Positions 1 through 10,709 of a stretch of DNA of 64,000 bases are shown piece by piece; the stretch's first letter is position 1; the number at the start of each line of letters is the position of its first letter. The translations under genes and the position numbers were made by a program. Origin of the DNA: an uncultured Nitrososphaeraceae archaeon (GTDB lineage Archaea; Thermoproteota; Nitrososphaeria; Nitrososphaerales; Nitrososphaeraceae); the NCBI GenBank assembly GCA_963779615.1, contig CAVZZA010000001.1, forward strand, positions 1 to 64,000, read 5' to 3'. The notes below the pieces were generated by a model. The model searched no databases and had not been told where the DNA came from. It saw nothing but the letters and a program-made list of their open reading frames with translations.

Positions 1-383
1 TTATAACATTTGCCATATAAAAATGAGTGCGTGGATTATAGTTTGACTCTTCTATTATTTCCAAATGGTGAGATATTAGGTAAACAAAAACTATGGAAAG
101 GTTAATTGAACCTGCATGCAGCCAATTAACGTTAATTGCTTTTCCTTATAAAACTAGGGATTCATTCATTCTGTTTTCATTGATGCTATTTTTAACAATG
201 TGGATACCTGTTGCGGCATTGATTATGAATTAACGACAATACCTATCTGCATAGGAAATGTGATAGATTAAAGGCACGGGAACTATAAATTACAATGTCA
301 CTAATGAAATAGTCCGCCGCCGGACTAAATTATTCTATATCTATTTTCTATAACTTCTAATCTGCAACCGTACTATGTTTTTG

Positions 384-600
384 TTAATACTCTGCTTTTT
401 TCAGGTATTCCAGGCATGACCACTCTATCCATATCTTGGTCTTGGAGGCTATATACTGCTGAATACCCTTTAGGGTAAAGCCCTTGATTATAGCCTCCTT
501 GTAGTTAAGCCTAACCAACTCTTTCTCTGTCCTTCTCAGTTGTTTCAATGACTTTACTTTCTTTAGTATTATTATTCTGTTTCCAAAAATGTCCTCGTCT
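384..600 (-). pseudogene. gene fragment, hypothetical protein (left boundary is the stop codon; 5' boundary approximate)
   Basis: Open minus frame reads ...KSLKQLRRTEKELVRLNYKEAIIKGFTLKGIQQYIASKTKIWIEWSCLEYLKKAEY*. It is protein-like but has no good start codon. Confidence 0.3.
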
Positions 601-1745
601 GGTTCATTGGAATATCCAGAATTCTTTGAATAAAATTCCGAGATTATGTTTATAAATATGTTGCAATAGGATATAGCTTTTTTGATTATTAAAATTGTTA
701 CTTGAGATTTGGAAGGAGATTAATCACTCGTATACACGATATCACATAGATTATGTCTCCTAATTTGTTTAGAATTTGCTAATTAGTTGAAATTATAAAC
801 ATGAAATCAAATGATCTGCTTGTGAGAACTAGTTTTTTCTCCAACAGTAACTTCCGACATATTATAATGCTAGAATTTTAGACTTTCTATTCTTTTCCGT
901 TAAGGGTTTTGAACTTAATTTTTTAATTAATGTTATACTAATTGGCTGTGTTAAGTAAAATATATCAACGGATATTGTTACTGTTGTTAACAAAATTATT
1001 ATTGATTACTTCATATATTATACTACAAAAATAAATATGTAACATAACATAGCATCAAAATTGTAAATGGAATCTTAGGATTGAAATCGATTATCCATGA
1101 CAATTAAAAAAATACAAACAAAGATATGTTATTCTTGCATTTCTCACTAATGGTTAACATAACCATTGTATTTCGATTATTATACAATATGTATATGTTG
1201 ATAATTATCTATAAAATAATTTCAATTCTTGTTTTAATGGGTTAACCATTTTATAAAGTTTTTATACAAAAAGCAGGCTTTGTACGTATTTCCTTAACGA
1301 AAGACCATTGAAATATAGGTGCAAAGAAAATGTGATATGCTCGGTCTGGTTCTTTTTCTTATTTGGCATATCATTAATCATGTTCTTGGAATAAATCTAT
1401 AGATTTTTCCTTACCATTACAGAGCCTCAAGTATTGTTATATCAATATTTTCTGAAAATTAATTACTTTTATTTGTCTGCCTTTTCTTTTGCAATTGATA
1501 TTTATGTTTGGTCACACATTAGAGGATTTCTAGCAGAGAGAGATTAAAATTTAAAACTTTTACTATCAATTTTATCTTAATTCTAATATATTTCAAACAG
1601 ATAATCTAAAATATGTTAAATATCATTGTCAATCCGTCAATTAATTTAATTAGGAAAGGCGATTATTTCCATTTATCTATAGATATATTTAGAGCCTATC
1701 CCAAAATTCGATAGAATTATAGCTTATTGTCCATTTCAATAAATT

Positions 1746-2114
1746 GTGGCATCTGTCCATAATCCGCATAAACACACCATCACAAAGATTCCGGATGAAT
1801 TGTGGGATGAAATTATTACCGTTTTGCCCAAGGAAAAACCCGGAAATACTGTCGGTCGTCCAATTGTACCATTTAGGAAAGTAATGGATGGCATCATGTA
1901 TATCCTTAGAACCGGATGCCAGTGGAAAATGCTGCCCAGAGAATATGGTTCCGGTTCCACCTGCCATAGACGGTTTCAGAAATGGGTCAGGCTAGATGTT
2001 TTCAAAAACATATGGATTAGGCTGCTAAAAACATATGATGGCAAAAAAGGAATCAAGTGGAGCTGGCAATCCATTGACAGCATATCAATAAAGGCCCCAT
2101 TGGGGGGGCGATGA
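1746..2114 (+). CDS. IS5 transposase, N-terminal part (DUF4096-like)
   Basis: IPDELWDEI..., GIMYILRTGCQWKMLP, STCHRRFQKW, IDS motif. Ends just after a G7 run (2102-2108) and overlaps ORF2 at ATGA. Confidence 0.9.
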   Translation: MASVHNPHKHTITKIPDELWDEIITVLPKEKPGNTVGRPIVPFRKVMDGIMYILRTGCQWKMLPREYGSGSTCHRRFQKWVRLDVFKNIWIRLLKTYDGKKGIKWSWQSIDSISIKAPLGGR

Positions 2115-2611
2115 CAGGAAGCAATCCCCCTGACAGAAGCAAACTGGGCACAAAAAGGCACATTTTAACGGATAAAAATGGCATACCCCTGTCTGTTGTT
2201 ATATCATCAGCAAGCACTCATGATATAAAACTAGTAACAGATGTAATGGACAATATGATTATCAAGCGATCATCACCATCAACGAAATGCAACTCATCTC
2301 GAAAAAGAAAACTACAACACCTATGCCTTGACAAAGCGTACAATTCCAAGACAGTAAAACATGCTATAATCAAACGAGGCTATGTTCCCCACATACCTTA
2401 CAAGAGAAACAGGGGCCAGAAAATAGAGGCGGTATGCCAAAAGAAATATCCCTCTGCTAAAAACAAGCGATGGGTTGTAGAGAGAACAAACTCATGGCAC
2501 AACAGGTTCAGGAAACTGTACACAAGATATGAGAAGAAGGTTGGGAACTATCTTGGCTTGGTGCAGCTGTCATGCAGTATCATTATCTACAGAAAGATAA
2601 TTTTGGGATAG
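2111..2611 (+). CDS. IS5 transposase, C-terminal DDE part
   Basis: GTKRHILTD, LDKAY and RWVVERTNSW motifs; lies in the -1 frame relative to ORF1. Confidence 0.9.
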   Translation: MTGSNPPDRSKLGTKRHILTDKNGIPLSVVISSASTHDIKLVTDVMDNMIIKRSSPSTKCNSSRKRKLQHLCLDKAYNSKTVKHAIIKRGYVPHIPYKRNRGQKIEAVCQKKYPSAKNKRWVVERTNSWHNRFRKLYTRYEKKVGNYLGLVQLSCSIIIYRKIILG

Positions 2612-2903
2612 GCTCTAAGATTAATTAGATATTCTTTAAAAAACTAGATCTGCTAGAAACAAATTAAATCTGTTGATAAAGAGAGTATACAACCAAAAAG
2701 ATAATCATTTTATATTTTATGCCTTAGTTAATTTTGGAACATAAAGGTAAAAAAATTAAATTATTTAATATTGTATAACATTTAGTTGATGTTGGATGAA
2801 TTTTTAATAAAGAAAAATATTATTGGAAAAATACCGTAGTAACCGTAGTGCCGTCGTAAATATGGACAAGGCAATATGGGGATAATGTGTTTATGGTAAA
2901 AAA

Positions 2904-3945
2904 TTATTGCTTTTTGTTCATTTTGCAGTTGGGTAGGTGATTAAGAATGTGCCACCTATCGCCCCTTTCATTGCAGTTTTTACAGACCCAAATATCGCTA
3001 TTTGGATACAATCTTTGCGCTATTACAAGTATGTCTAATTCCGGTCCAGGACCGTTCTTTTGGAGTTCATAAGATAGTTCTGGTGCCGTTGCTGTTGTAA
3101 TATTTGATGTGTTTTTAACTTCGTAACTGTTGCTTGCCTGAATGGAAATGTCGCCATTAACAATTGATACTGATGTGTTTTTGGTTTCAATATGGTGGCT
3201 ATTCTTATTCCCTTTTCCCCCATTATTTGCAGGAGGCATACCGAATTTATGCAAAGTCTTGTTTTTTTCATCGTCATCAGTGAAATTATCATCATCATTG
3301 CAATTGCCAATATTGCTACTACTACGATACGACGATATCATCGGTATTTTCTGCAAATTAATTATTCTTATTAGCCTTCCTTTTCGTTTATTGTTATAAT
3401 TGTGGATTATATCTTACCTTTTTCTTTCAGTGTGGGCGCCAACTCGTTTATCTGTCTTGTTAAAGAATTGGGGGCACTTGGCCACAGTTTGTTTTTTCTA
3501 AATGATTCGACTTCCTTATTCTCCATAAAGTTTGTTAATGCGTTATAGAGCAATGTGGCCGAGCCCTCCCATTCATCCCTGTCTTCCATGAAATCCATCA
3601 AGACGTTGGCGACAATGGATGATTCCATAACCTCATCGTTTTGAATCTCAATGTTCTCAAAGTATGTTTCAATAAACTCGTTTTCCCCGTATCTAATGCA
3701 CCTTGCAATTACCTCACCATATTCGGCAAAGTCCGCCATCCTTGGGTATTCTCTTAGTTTTATTTTTTTGAGGATGCTCGCTTTTGTATCTTAATGCCTT
3801 TGCCAATGTATCCAATATCCATCCCAATAAATCCGGCAACAGCTCCCTAAACTCCGTTTTGATGTCCTCCTTCTTTCTTCGTTCTTCATTTGGGATCCTG
3901 TTTACCTCCAAAATCAGGCACCTGTCCAAAAAGTCAGGCTTGACA
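2904..3945 (-). pseudogene. 5'-truncated, twice-frameshifted primase-associated ATPase/replication protein of an integrated element
   Basis: ORFs 3714-3929, 3407-3739 and 2904-3356 join into KPDFLDRCL...PRMADFAEYGE...WPSAPNSL...CKNC..H..H..C. Frameshifts fall at the T7 run 3763-3769 and near 3410. Confidence 0.6.
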
Positions 3946-4088
3946 GATGCGATGTATGCAACACTTCTGAGTTTAGTTCTCTTGTTAATGAAACTAGGAA
4001 AGGTTTGGAAGAATTATCTATATGTTGCTATTTCTATTATTATTCAGTAAAAAAAAGAATAATTAAACAGGATTATTTATTGATAGAA

Positions 4089-5096
4089 ATGAAAAATAAA
4101 AATACTGAGTTTGCAGTATCTATGGTTCTTTTCCTATCCTTGTTTCCAACACTTTCAATCACGGCAAACAATGACCTTTTTGCACAAACGTCAACACCAC
4201 CATCAACAGCAAACCATGTGACATACAAACTTCATCAGACAATGACGATACCCAACGTGTCATTTCATGCCACTGTAACCTTGCCAGCCGACTTCTTCCA
4301 GAAGCAGGCCAACCCACAAAACTTTAAGGTGTTGACAATCAACGGAGTAAACACACTGGTTTACTTTATCAACACAAACCAATACATCATTGTTCCGTTG
4401 GGCCAGGTGCTTACCGCTAATGTTGATAGGACCAACCCACAGATTATTGAGATTATCAAAATAACAACCAAGATAAACACCACCATAAAAACCCACAGTA
4501 GTAATAGCAACAATGGCGGGCATGACGGCGGTGGGGGCCCAGTCAACAAGACAGTAACCCCAACTCCTACCCCTGTAACTCCTACCCCTGTAACTCCTAC
4601 CCCTGTAACTCCTACCCCTGTAACTCCTACTCCACCAACACCCACTCCTTCTATTGCTGTTACTACAACCCCTATTCCAACTGAGACACAAACACCCCCA
4701 ACAACAGAAGAGCCTCCAGTAATCACAGATACACCAACACCCCCAACAACAACAGCAACAGAAGAAACAGGTGGCGGGAATGAGGATGATGCCAGTGGCG
4801 ACAATAACCCAACTGATGATGGCAACGCAGTTGATCAAGTGAATGACAATCCCAATGACTCAAGTGCAAGTAATGATGATAGTGACAGTGGCGACACTGG
4901 TAGCAGCAGCAGCAGTGATAATGGCAACGCGTCGGATGAAGGCAGTGGCGATAGTGGCAATAGTGATGACAGTGGTGGCGATAGTGGCAATGATGGCGGA
5001 GGCTCTGGTGGCGATGGCGGAGGCTCTGGTGGCGATGGCGGAGGCTCTGGTGGCGATGGCGGAGGCTCTGGTGACGATGGCGGAGGCAGCGACTAA
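4089..5096 (+). CDS. secreted low-complexity Pro/Thr- and Asp/Gly/Ser-rich surface protein
   Basis: ATG at 4089 is followed by a hydrophobic signal-like segment ending LFAQ; (VTPTP)n and (GGDGGGS)n repeats follow. Confidence 0.8.
   Translation: MKNKNTEFAVSMVLFLSLFPTLSITANNDLFAQTSTPPSTANHVTYKLHQTMTIPNVSFHATVTLPADFFQKQANPQNFKVLTINGVNTLVYFINTNQYIIVPLGQVLTANVDRTNPQIIEIIKITTKINTTIKTHSSNSNNGGHDGGGGPVNKTVTPTPTPVTPTPVTPTPVTPTPVTPTPPTPTPSIAVTTTPIPTETQTPPTTEEPPVITDTPTPPTTTATEETGGGNEDDASGDNNPTDDGNAVDQVNDNPNDSSASNDDSDSGDTGSSSSSDNGNASDEGSGDSGNSDDSGGDSGNDGGGSGGDGGGSGGDGGGSGGDGGGSGDDGGGSD
4562..4630 (+). repeat. 15-bp coding tandem repeat AACTCCTACCCCTGT x4 plus a partial copy
   Basis: Read directly from the sequence. 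Confidence 0.95.
4992..5087 (+). repeat. 21-bp coding tandem repeat GATGGCGGAGGCTCTGGTGGC x4 plus a partial copy
   Basis: Read directly; the fourth copy has one substitution. Confidence 0.95.
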
Positions 5097-5120
5097 AATA
5101 ACTAGGTGAATTTCTTCAAA

Positions 5121-5144
5121 TCAACAACACTTTTTTGTTGTTGA
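5121..5144 (+). terminator. hairpin/T-tract downstream of the surface-protein gene
   Basis: TCAACAACA-CTTTTT-TGTTGTTGA: 9-bp stem, 25 nt after the stop codon. Confidence 0.45.
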
Positions 5145-5649
5145 AAAATATTTAGTAGAAAGACCCCCTTCTATTTTCTTATTATATTACAAATTCTATG
5201 ATACGCAATAACAACAAGGTTCATAATTGTTCATCAAACACCGGTATCCAAGTTCAAACTTGTATGATATACAGTATGCAGGTCCTATGTATCAAAAACA
5301 TAATTCAGGATAATTTAAAGGAGTTTAGTTTCCATTATAATATTAAGTTTCAGAATATGGTAAAATAGATGTCATAAAGTGTCTTTATAACTTGTTTAAA
5401 AGAATGATACAAGCAAGATGGAAACAATTTGCGGGTTGCTAATTATGATACAAAATAGCATAAACCATTTTTTTTTTTTTATATTTTCATGTATTAAATA
5501 AGGAAATCTAAAATGAATCATGGTGATTTGTGAACTTGAATTTTTTTATAACATAATACCATGATATATGATAATTATAAAAACTGGATTAAATTGAACT
5601 GTGTGTGGGGATGGCTTAGTAAACTCTGTTTACTAAGGTTTAGCCAAGG

Positions 5650-5973
5650 CTAACTTCCCTGTCTGTTCAGTATTGCTGTTTTTGCCTTTGATAGTGGAAT
5701 GGTTGCGTATGATAATGTTGGTTTTTGCTCCTGCTGCTGTTTCTGCTGTTTGTGTGCCATAAATTGTCCAACCAGGTTAGATGTTGCTGGTATTCCCTGT
5801 GTTGCGGGGTCCACCAAGTTGGGAGTGTTTGGTGGGGTTATTCCAAGTTCAATACAATCGGTTGGTTGTAATGTATGCAACTGCCAATATGAGGTACATA
5901 GCATTATTATAAAAAACACAAAGAAAAACACAATATCTGTTATATTATGAGAGATTATAGTAGGTAAGACCAT
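5650..5973 (-). CDS. hypothetical membrane-anchored protein
   Basis: 107-aa ORF with one hydrophobic segment and a Gln-rich tail. Confidence 0.4.
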   Translation of the reverse strand: MVLPTIISHNITDIVFFFVFFIIMLCTSYWQLHTLQPTDCIELGITPPNTPNLVDPATQGIPATSNLVGQFMAHKQQKQQQEQKPTLSYATIPLSKAKTAILNRQGS

Positions 5974-6314
5974 TAATAGTCCATAAAATTAGATATATGT
6001 AGAATTAATGATTAGTTAAATCGGAAATTACGCATGTAATATAATTCCTACAATCTTAGACGTTAGCCCTTGACGTAATTTCAAGAAACACTTTTAAAAG
6101 AAATCAAGAAATGGATTCTAATAATGTTACAATTTATGAATAATCTTAATTATACGTAGTCCTATGATGAATTCTATTGTAAGTTGGCGAAATATACACA
6201 GTTACCTCTCTATCTAGATAGACAAAAAATTCAATATGATTAGAACAACCAAAGGAATACAGCAAAAATAACATTATTCACAGCATTTGTTATCATTATT
6301 TTCTTAATTGTAAT

Positions 6315-6665
6315 ATGGCTGATAAATATGCAATTGAGTGGACAAATGCGACGTGGAATATAGTTACCGGTTGTGATAAGATATCTCCAGGATGCAGAAA
6401 TTGTTATGCTGAAAGATTTGCTCTACGATTGCAAAAAATGGGCACTAAAAAATATATCAATGGATTTAAACTTACAATCCATGATTATAAAATCGATTTT
6501 CCTTTACAAATAAAAGATCCTAGAATGATTTTTGTAAATAGTATGTCGGATTTATTTCATAAAGACATATCCTTCGAATTTATTAGAATGGTTTTTGATG
6601 TCATTAAAAAAGTATATGGCCAATCCGGCACAAAAGTAAAAAAAACAAGTGATGAATCTCTATAA
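6315..6665 (+). pseudogene. truncated DUF5131 (phage Gp37/Gp68-like) protein
   Basis: IEWTNATWNIVTGCDKISPGCRNCYAE and IFVNSMSDLFH signatures. Family similarity stops near VFDVIKK, about half the usual length. Confidence 0.8.
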
Positions 6666-6956
6666 AGATGCAGTAGGATTTGGAAGAAATAAACTTTCAT
6701 TTGATACTGCTGCAGAAAGATGTATTAGAAAAATGTCAGGGTATTCCATTAATTTAATGGGTTGCAACAGAATCAAAAAAATCTGTTTGATACTTTACTA
6801 TAATCATAAACCTCAATTGAACTTTTTAGGTAAGAAATACTGAGATGATTATATTATTGGCAGAAAAGATTATAGAATTGATACATAAACAAGGAAAAAA
6901 AGTGAATAGGTATAATCCAGAAAAAAAGGGACTACTTTTACAAGTAAATTGATAGC

Positions 6957-7592
6957 CTAACTTGTATGTAGATCCTCGCAATTGCTTGCTACCAGGTCAT
7001 GATCTGTACTTGTATTGAACCAGGCTGAGTCAAAGCCGGTGCCGCAATCAATTTTGTCTTGCTTTCCGTCTGAAAGGGTACTATGATGTTGAAAGGCACT
7101 AATATCATCATTACCAGTAGACCCTAAAAGGATATCCGCCCCTTTTGGACCTGGATTATTACCCTCTCCATTAATACAATCATTTCCAGGACCGCCATCT
7201 ATTCTATCAGTATCGTCATCTCCATCTAAACAAACATCATTTCCTATACCCCCATAAACCTTGTCGTCCCCATTCCCGGCGTGAACAACATCATCTCCGG
7301 ACCCGGCATCAACTTTGTCATCACCACTTTGAGCGCGAATGACATCCGCTCCGCCACCGCTGGCAATATTGTCAGCAGCACCGGTTGGGGCACTTCCCAA
7401 GGGCCCATCACCAAAGATGTTGTTGCCGGCACCATCACCTAGAATGTTATCGCTCCCGTGAGTTCCTATGCAATCTGCAGTACCATTACAATTTATGTTT
7501 GCGGCAAAAACCGTAGTTGATGATAAAGTTCCAATAAGCACAACAATTGAGGCCAAAATACAGACCTGTTTAAATAAAAACTTTGAATTCAT
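6957..7592 (-). CDS. secreted hemolysin-type (RTX) calcium-binding repeat protein
   Basis: Signal peptide followed by repeated GGxGxD nonapeptides (GGGADVI, AGSGDDVV, GGIGNDV, GGPGNDCI). Confidence 0.88.
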   Translation of the reverse strand: MNSKFLFKQVCILASIVVLIGTLSSTTVFAANINCNGTADCIGTHGSDNILGDGAGNNIFGDGPLGSAPTGAADNIASGGGADVIRAQSGDDKVDAGSGDDVVHAGNGDDKVYGGIGNDVCLDGDDDTDRIDGGPGNDCINGEGNNPGPKGADILLGSTGNDDISAFQHHSTLSDGKQDKIDCGTGFDSAWFNTSTDHDLVASNCEDLHTS

Positions 7593-8063
7593 TCCAATTG
7601 TACAAAACGATATTTATTTATGAGTTGAGGATTAATTCATTCTAAAAGTTGATCTTTAAAAATTTCTATAACATTAATTGCTTTTAGATGTTATAATTCC
7701 ATCGGCTTTTTTTATCCTTAATTTCATATCAAATAGAATAAAAGGCCAAAATAAGAAAATCCTGTCTAAAAATATCGTTTTATGAGATTCATCTATTTTT
7801 AATTTCTATAGGAGTTATTCATCTATATTATTTCTTTTATTCATCTATCCATAAAATGTCTTAAAGTTAAACCCATGCCACTTTTTTAGCAAATCATATT
7901 AAATTATGACTGTTTGCTCTGTGGATATAGGACTAAAACGCTAACAAAAGACGATTTACTGAATCATCCAACAAAGCAGAAAATGTATTTAATTTGTAGT
8001 ATAAAGAACAAATAATACACGAATATTTTAATTTCTTGTAATTATTTGTAGTTTTAAAATACA

Positions 8064-10709
8064 TTATAATACTTTTACTATATTTCCAAAGGTTTTGCTG
8101 GAATAAATGCAATTTTCATCGGCTTGAAAATATCGATTTAAATCACCGGATTTGTTGTATTTTTCTACAAATTGGCATATGCATGTTTCATTGTTCCCTT
8201 CATCTAATATTTTGAATTGATCTACCTGGCCAATTCCGTATTTTAACAGCCCAAAAATTTCAACATTTAACCAGTTTTTCTCTATTTTATTGTAATTATT
8301 TGATAACTTGAGCCTAAAGAATTGTAAATTATTAGCATTTCCTTCTATATTCGTGTAATTTTTGTTTTTTTGAAACTGTTCAATGTCGACTATTGGATAA
8401 TAGCCATTTCTCCTTTTGTCTATTTTGGAGTTAAACTCATCTATCAATCCATTGTTTTTTAATTCTAGTAGATATGTTTTCTTTATTGCGTCTGTGGTTA
8501 TTGCCTTTGCTTTCCTGTCTTTGTAAAAATCAGCCAATTCATTTGTATATACTGCTATTTTGTCTTCTACTATACCGTCATTTTCTTCCGGGCTATCTTT
8601 TGATAGAAACAATGGTATAAAGACCTCGATAAAAAATTCCAATTTGTATGAAGGCATACCTGTTATGTTATGCGTTAGTTTTAACACTTGTTCAAGATCG
8701 TCTAATGATGATATTGATGATGTTTCATTGCCAAAAACTAATTTACATCTGTTAAATGAATTTATTTTTGTTATCAGAGCAAGTAATGAAAAAATCCTGT
8801 TTGTTGTCCTGACATCTGTGCCCTTTTCAGAAGGCAACGAATGAGAGAGAATGCTGTTAAATGGGATCCATACGTTATTGTTGTAATTTTCCACTAGTTC
8901 TTTTTTCACTAGTAAAATGCATTCTTTCGCAAACTGTATTTCTTTGTCCGAAACAATGATTTGTTCCTGCACTACGGAAGGCAGGCCCTTTCTTTGCCCT
9001 ATAAGGACATTTGATTCATGGTATTTTTTCCTTATCATGTTGGGAGAAGTTATAAAAAACCTGCTCTGGATTTCAGGCCACATGGACCAACTTGATCCGT
9101 CTTTTGCACTGCAAAATAGGCATGCAGGCCAGCCCCTAGTGACAATATGCTTTACCTCCTGACCGCCAATCTCAGTTTTGTAGACATAGGGATGCTCAAT
9201 ATAGAGGCTATCGTGAGACAGAATAGCCTTCAATATGTTCCATGTTTCCTCATGCGGGGGTTCCAAAAAAACAAGAATCTTGTTTGTTAAATCTATCAGT
9301 ACCTTTGAATTTTGGTACAAAAGTTTCACTTGGTCTTTCAATTCTTCTCTCACATCTTCATCTTTTTCATGTTTCACCTTCTCTTTTAATTCCTGCAATT
9401 TAGGCCCTATTGGATTGTTATCGTTGTCCACCAGCATACCCCTGTCTCTTATTATGACTTTGGGGGACATGCTCCCAATTATCCACACATCTTGTTTTGG
9501 AAGAAGTTTTATTGTTTCAGAAACAGCATATGTTTTTCCCTCGCTTGTTGGCGCCAGTATTCCAAGATTCAGCGGATCCTTGGTGTAAGTGCTTAATCCC
9601 GTGTACAGTATCAATCTAATAAGGGAATCTTCTTGTTTTATTGTTTTTTGAGCAATCTGAATTACATATTCTACAAATTTTTTATCAGGAATTTTGTCAA
9701 ATAATTCAGCAGCAGCGGTAGCAGCATCATCTATTATAGATTCATTTATTGTTACTTCGGCATTATTTTGTTTATTAATAATTTCATTGTTTCCAATCTT
9801 TTTATTATCAGTTGATTTTATATTATTTATCTCAATAAACTTTTTTGCACATATCCATTGTTCTTCAAATTCTTTATCATCTAATGGAGGCCTGCAATGC
9901 TCTTGGTTCCACTCAATGGCTAATTTTTTAATTTTCTCTTCTGATAGAATTTTTCTGTTTCTAGAAAGAAAAGACTCCATTACTCTCATAAGTGCCTCAT
10001 GCCTGTTATGCCCTTCAAATATCACAAAGTCCTTTTCAAATAATTTCTCTATGGGGATTTTTTGATTATTGTCATGAATGTTTAAGTTGTATTTTTTATA
10101 TATTTCCAGTAAAAGATCTTCTACTTCTAATCCGCAGGTTTTGGGCTCCTTTGTACCTATGATTTCGTACCTTGTTCCATCTTTATGCATAGAGGGACTG
10201 CAAAACGCTATACCGTGTTCCCCTTTTCCTTTTACTTCGATTGCAGGTATTTCGTTATTTTTAATTTTACCCCCCAGTTTTGTAACATCACTACTTTTTT
10301 TCTTAAATTCATGGTTTGAATAAAAATAAAGATGGGCTTTTGACAAGTCGTCTTTGTGCTGCTCCACAATGATGTAGCGGGATAATTCCTCCAAGTCTTT
10401 TGCATCAAAGCAGTTGCAAATCTCATCAATTGCCTTTTGGTTGTCCAAGTCTATGAATATAATATTTTTGTCTTTGTTAGGTCCACGCCAAACCTTCCCA
10501 GGCATTATTGCAATTCCGTTTTTATATGCACCATTTTTTTTCTTTTGTTCAAACAAGTCACTAGGAATTGGTTTATCTTGGTATTCTGACCATTCTTCGA
10601 TAGGTGTTTTATTAGCGGTATGTGCAGGGATAACATTTATTCCTACTTGATAAAACCAGAAGTCTGGAGTTATATTGTTATTTATTATTGTCATATTAAT
10701 TACCACCAC
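8064..10709 (-). CDS. bifunctional primase-polymerase (Prim-Pol) + PriCT + ATPase-like replication protein of an integrated element; start may be ATG 10694
   Basis: GINVIP..NKTP..WSEYQ, FIDLD, HLYF, SPSMHKDGTRY (AEP Prim-Pol); EGHNRH..WNQEHCRPPL (PriCT); APTSEGKT (Walker A-like). Confidence 0.82.
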   Translation of the reverse strand: MVVINMTIINNNITPDFWFYQVGINVIPAHTANKTPIEEWSEYQDKPIPSDLFEQKKKNGAYKNGIAIMPGKVWRGPNKDKNIIFIDLDNQKAIDEICNCFDAKDLEELSRYIIVEQHKDDLSKAHLYFYSNHEFKKKSSDVTKLGGKIKNNEIPAIEVKGKGEHGIAFCSPSMHKDGTRYEIIGTKEPKTCGLEVEDLLLEIYKKYNLNIHDNNQKIPIEKLFEKDFVIFEGHNRHEALMRVMESFLSRNRKILSEEKIKKLAIEWNQEHCRPPLDDKEFEEQWICAKKFIEINNIKSTDNKKIGNNEIINKQNNAEVTINESIIDDAATAAAELFDKIPDKKFVEYVIQIAQKTIKQEDSLIRLILYTGLSTYTKDPLNLGILAPTSEGKTYAVSETIKLLPKQDVWIIGSMSPKVIIRDRGMLVDNDNNPIGPKLQELKEKVKHEKDEDVREELKDQVKLLYQNSKVLIDLTNKILVFLEPPHEETWNILKAILSHDSLYIEHPYVYKTEIGGQEVKHIVTRGWPACLFCSAKDGSSWSMWPEIQSRFFITSPNMIRKKYHESNVLIGQRKGLPSVVQEQIIVSDKEIQFAKECILLVKKELVENYNNNVWIPFNSILSHSLPSEKGTDVRTTNRIFSLLALITKINSFNRCKLVFGNETSSISSLDDLEQVLKLTHNITGMPSYKLEFFIEVFIPLFLSKDSPEENDGIVEDKIAVYTNELADFYKDRKAKAITTDAIKKTYLLELKNNGLIDEFNSKIDKRRNGYYPIVDIEQFQKNKNYTNIEGNANNLQFFRLKLSNNYNKIEKNWLNVEIFGLLKYGIGQVDQFKILDEGNNETCICQFVEKYNKSGDLNRYFQADENCIYSSKTFGNIVKVL

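Larger units (their letters stand above)
1692..2615 (+). mobile_element. IS5-family insertion sequence with two-ORF transposase
   Basis: Perfect terminal inverted repeats GAGCCTATCCCAAAATT (1692-1708) / AATTTTGGGATAGGCTC (2599-2615), flanked by TA on both sides (1690-1691, 2616-2617). Confidence 0.93.

Noticed and set aside
4562-5087. Tandem repeats as a CRISPR array
   Set aside because: The units are contiguous, have no spacers and are in-frame coding repeats; no cas genes are present.
4260-5109. ORFs 4260-4838, 4361-4825 and 4843-5109
   Set aside because: Shadow frames produced by the low-complexity repeats of the 4089-5096 gene.
8560-10650. Plus-strand ORFs within the Prim-Pol gene (and similar antisense ORFs in glnA, ligD and the Asp-box gene)
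   Set aside because: Antisense shadows of well-supported genes.
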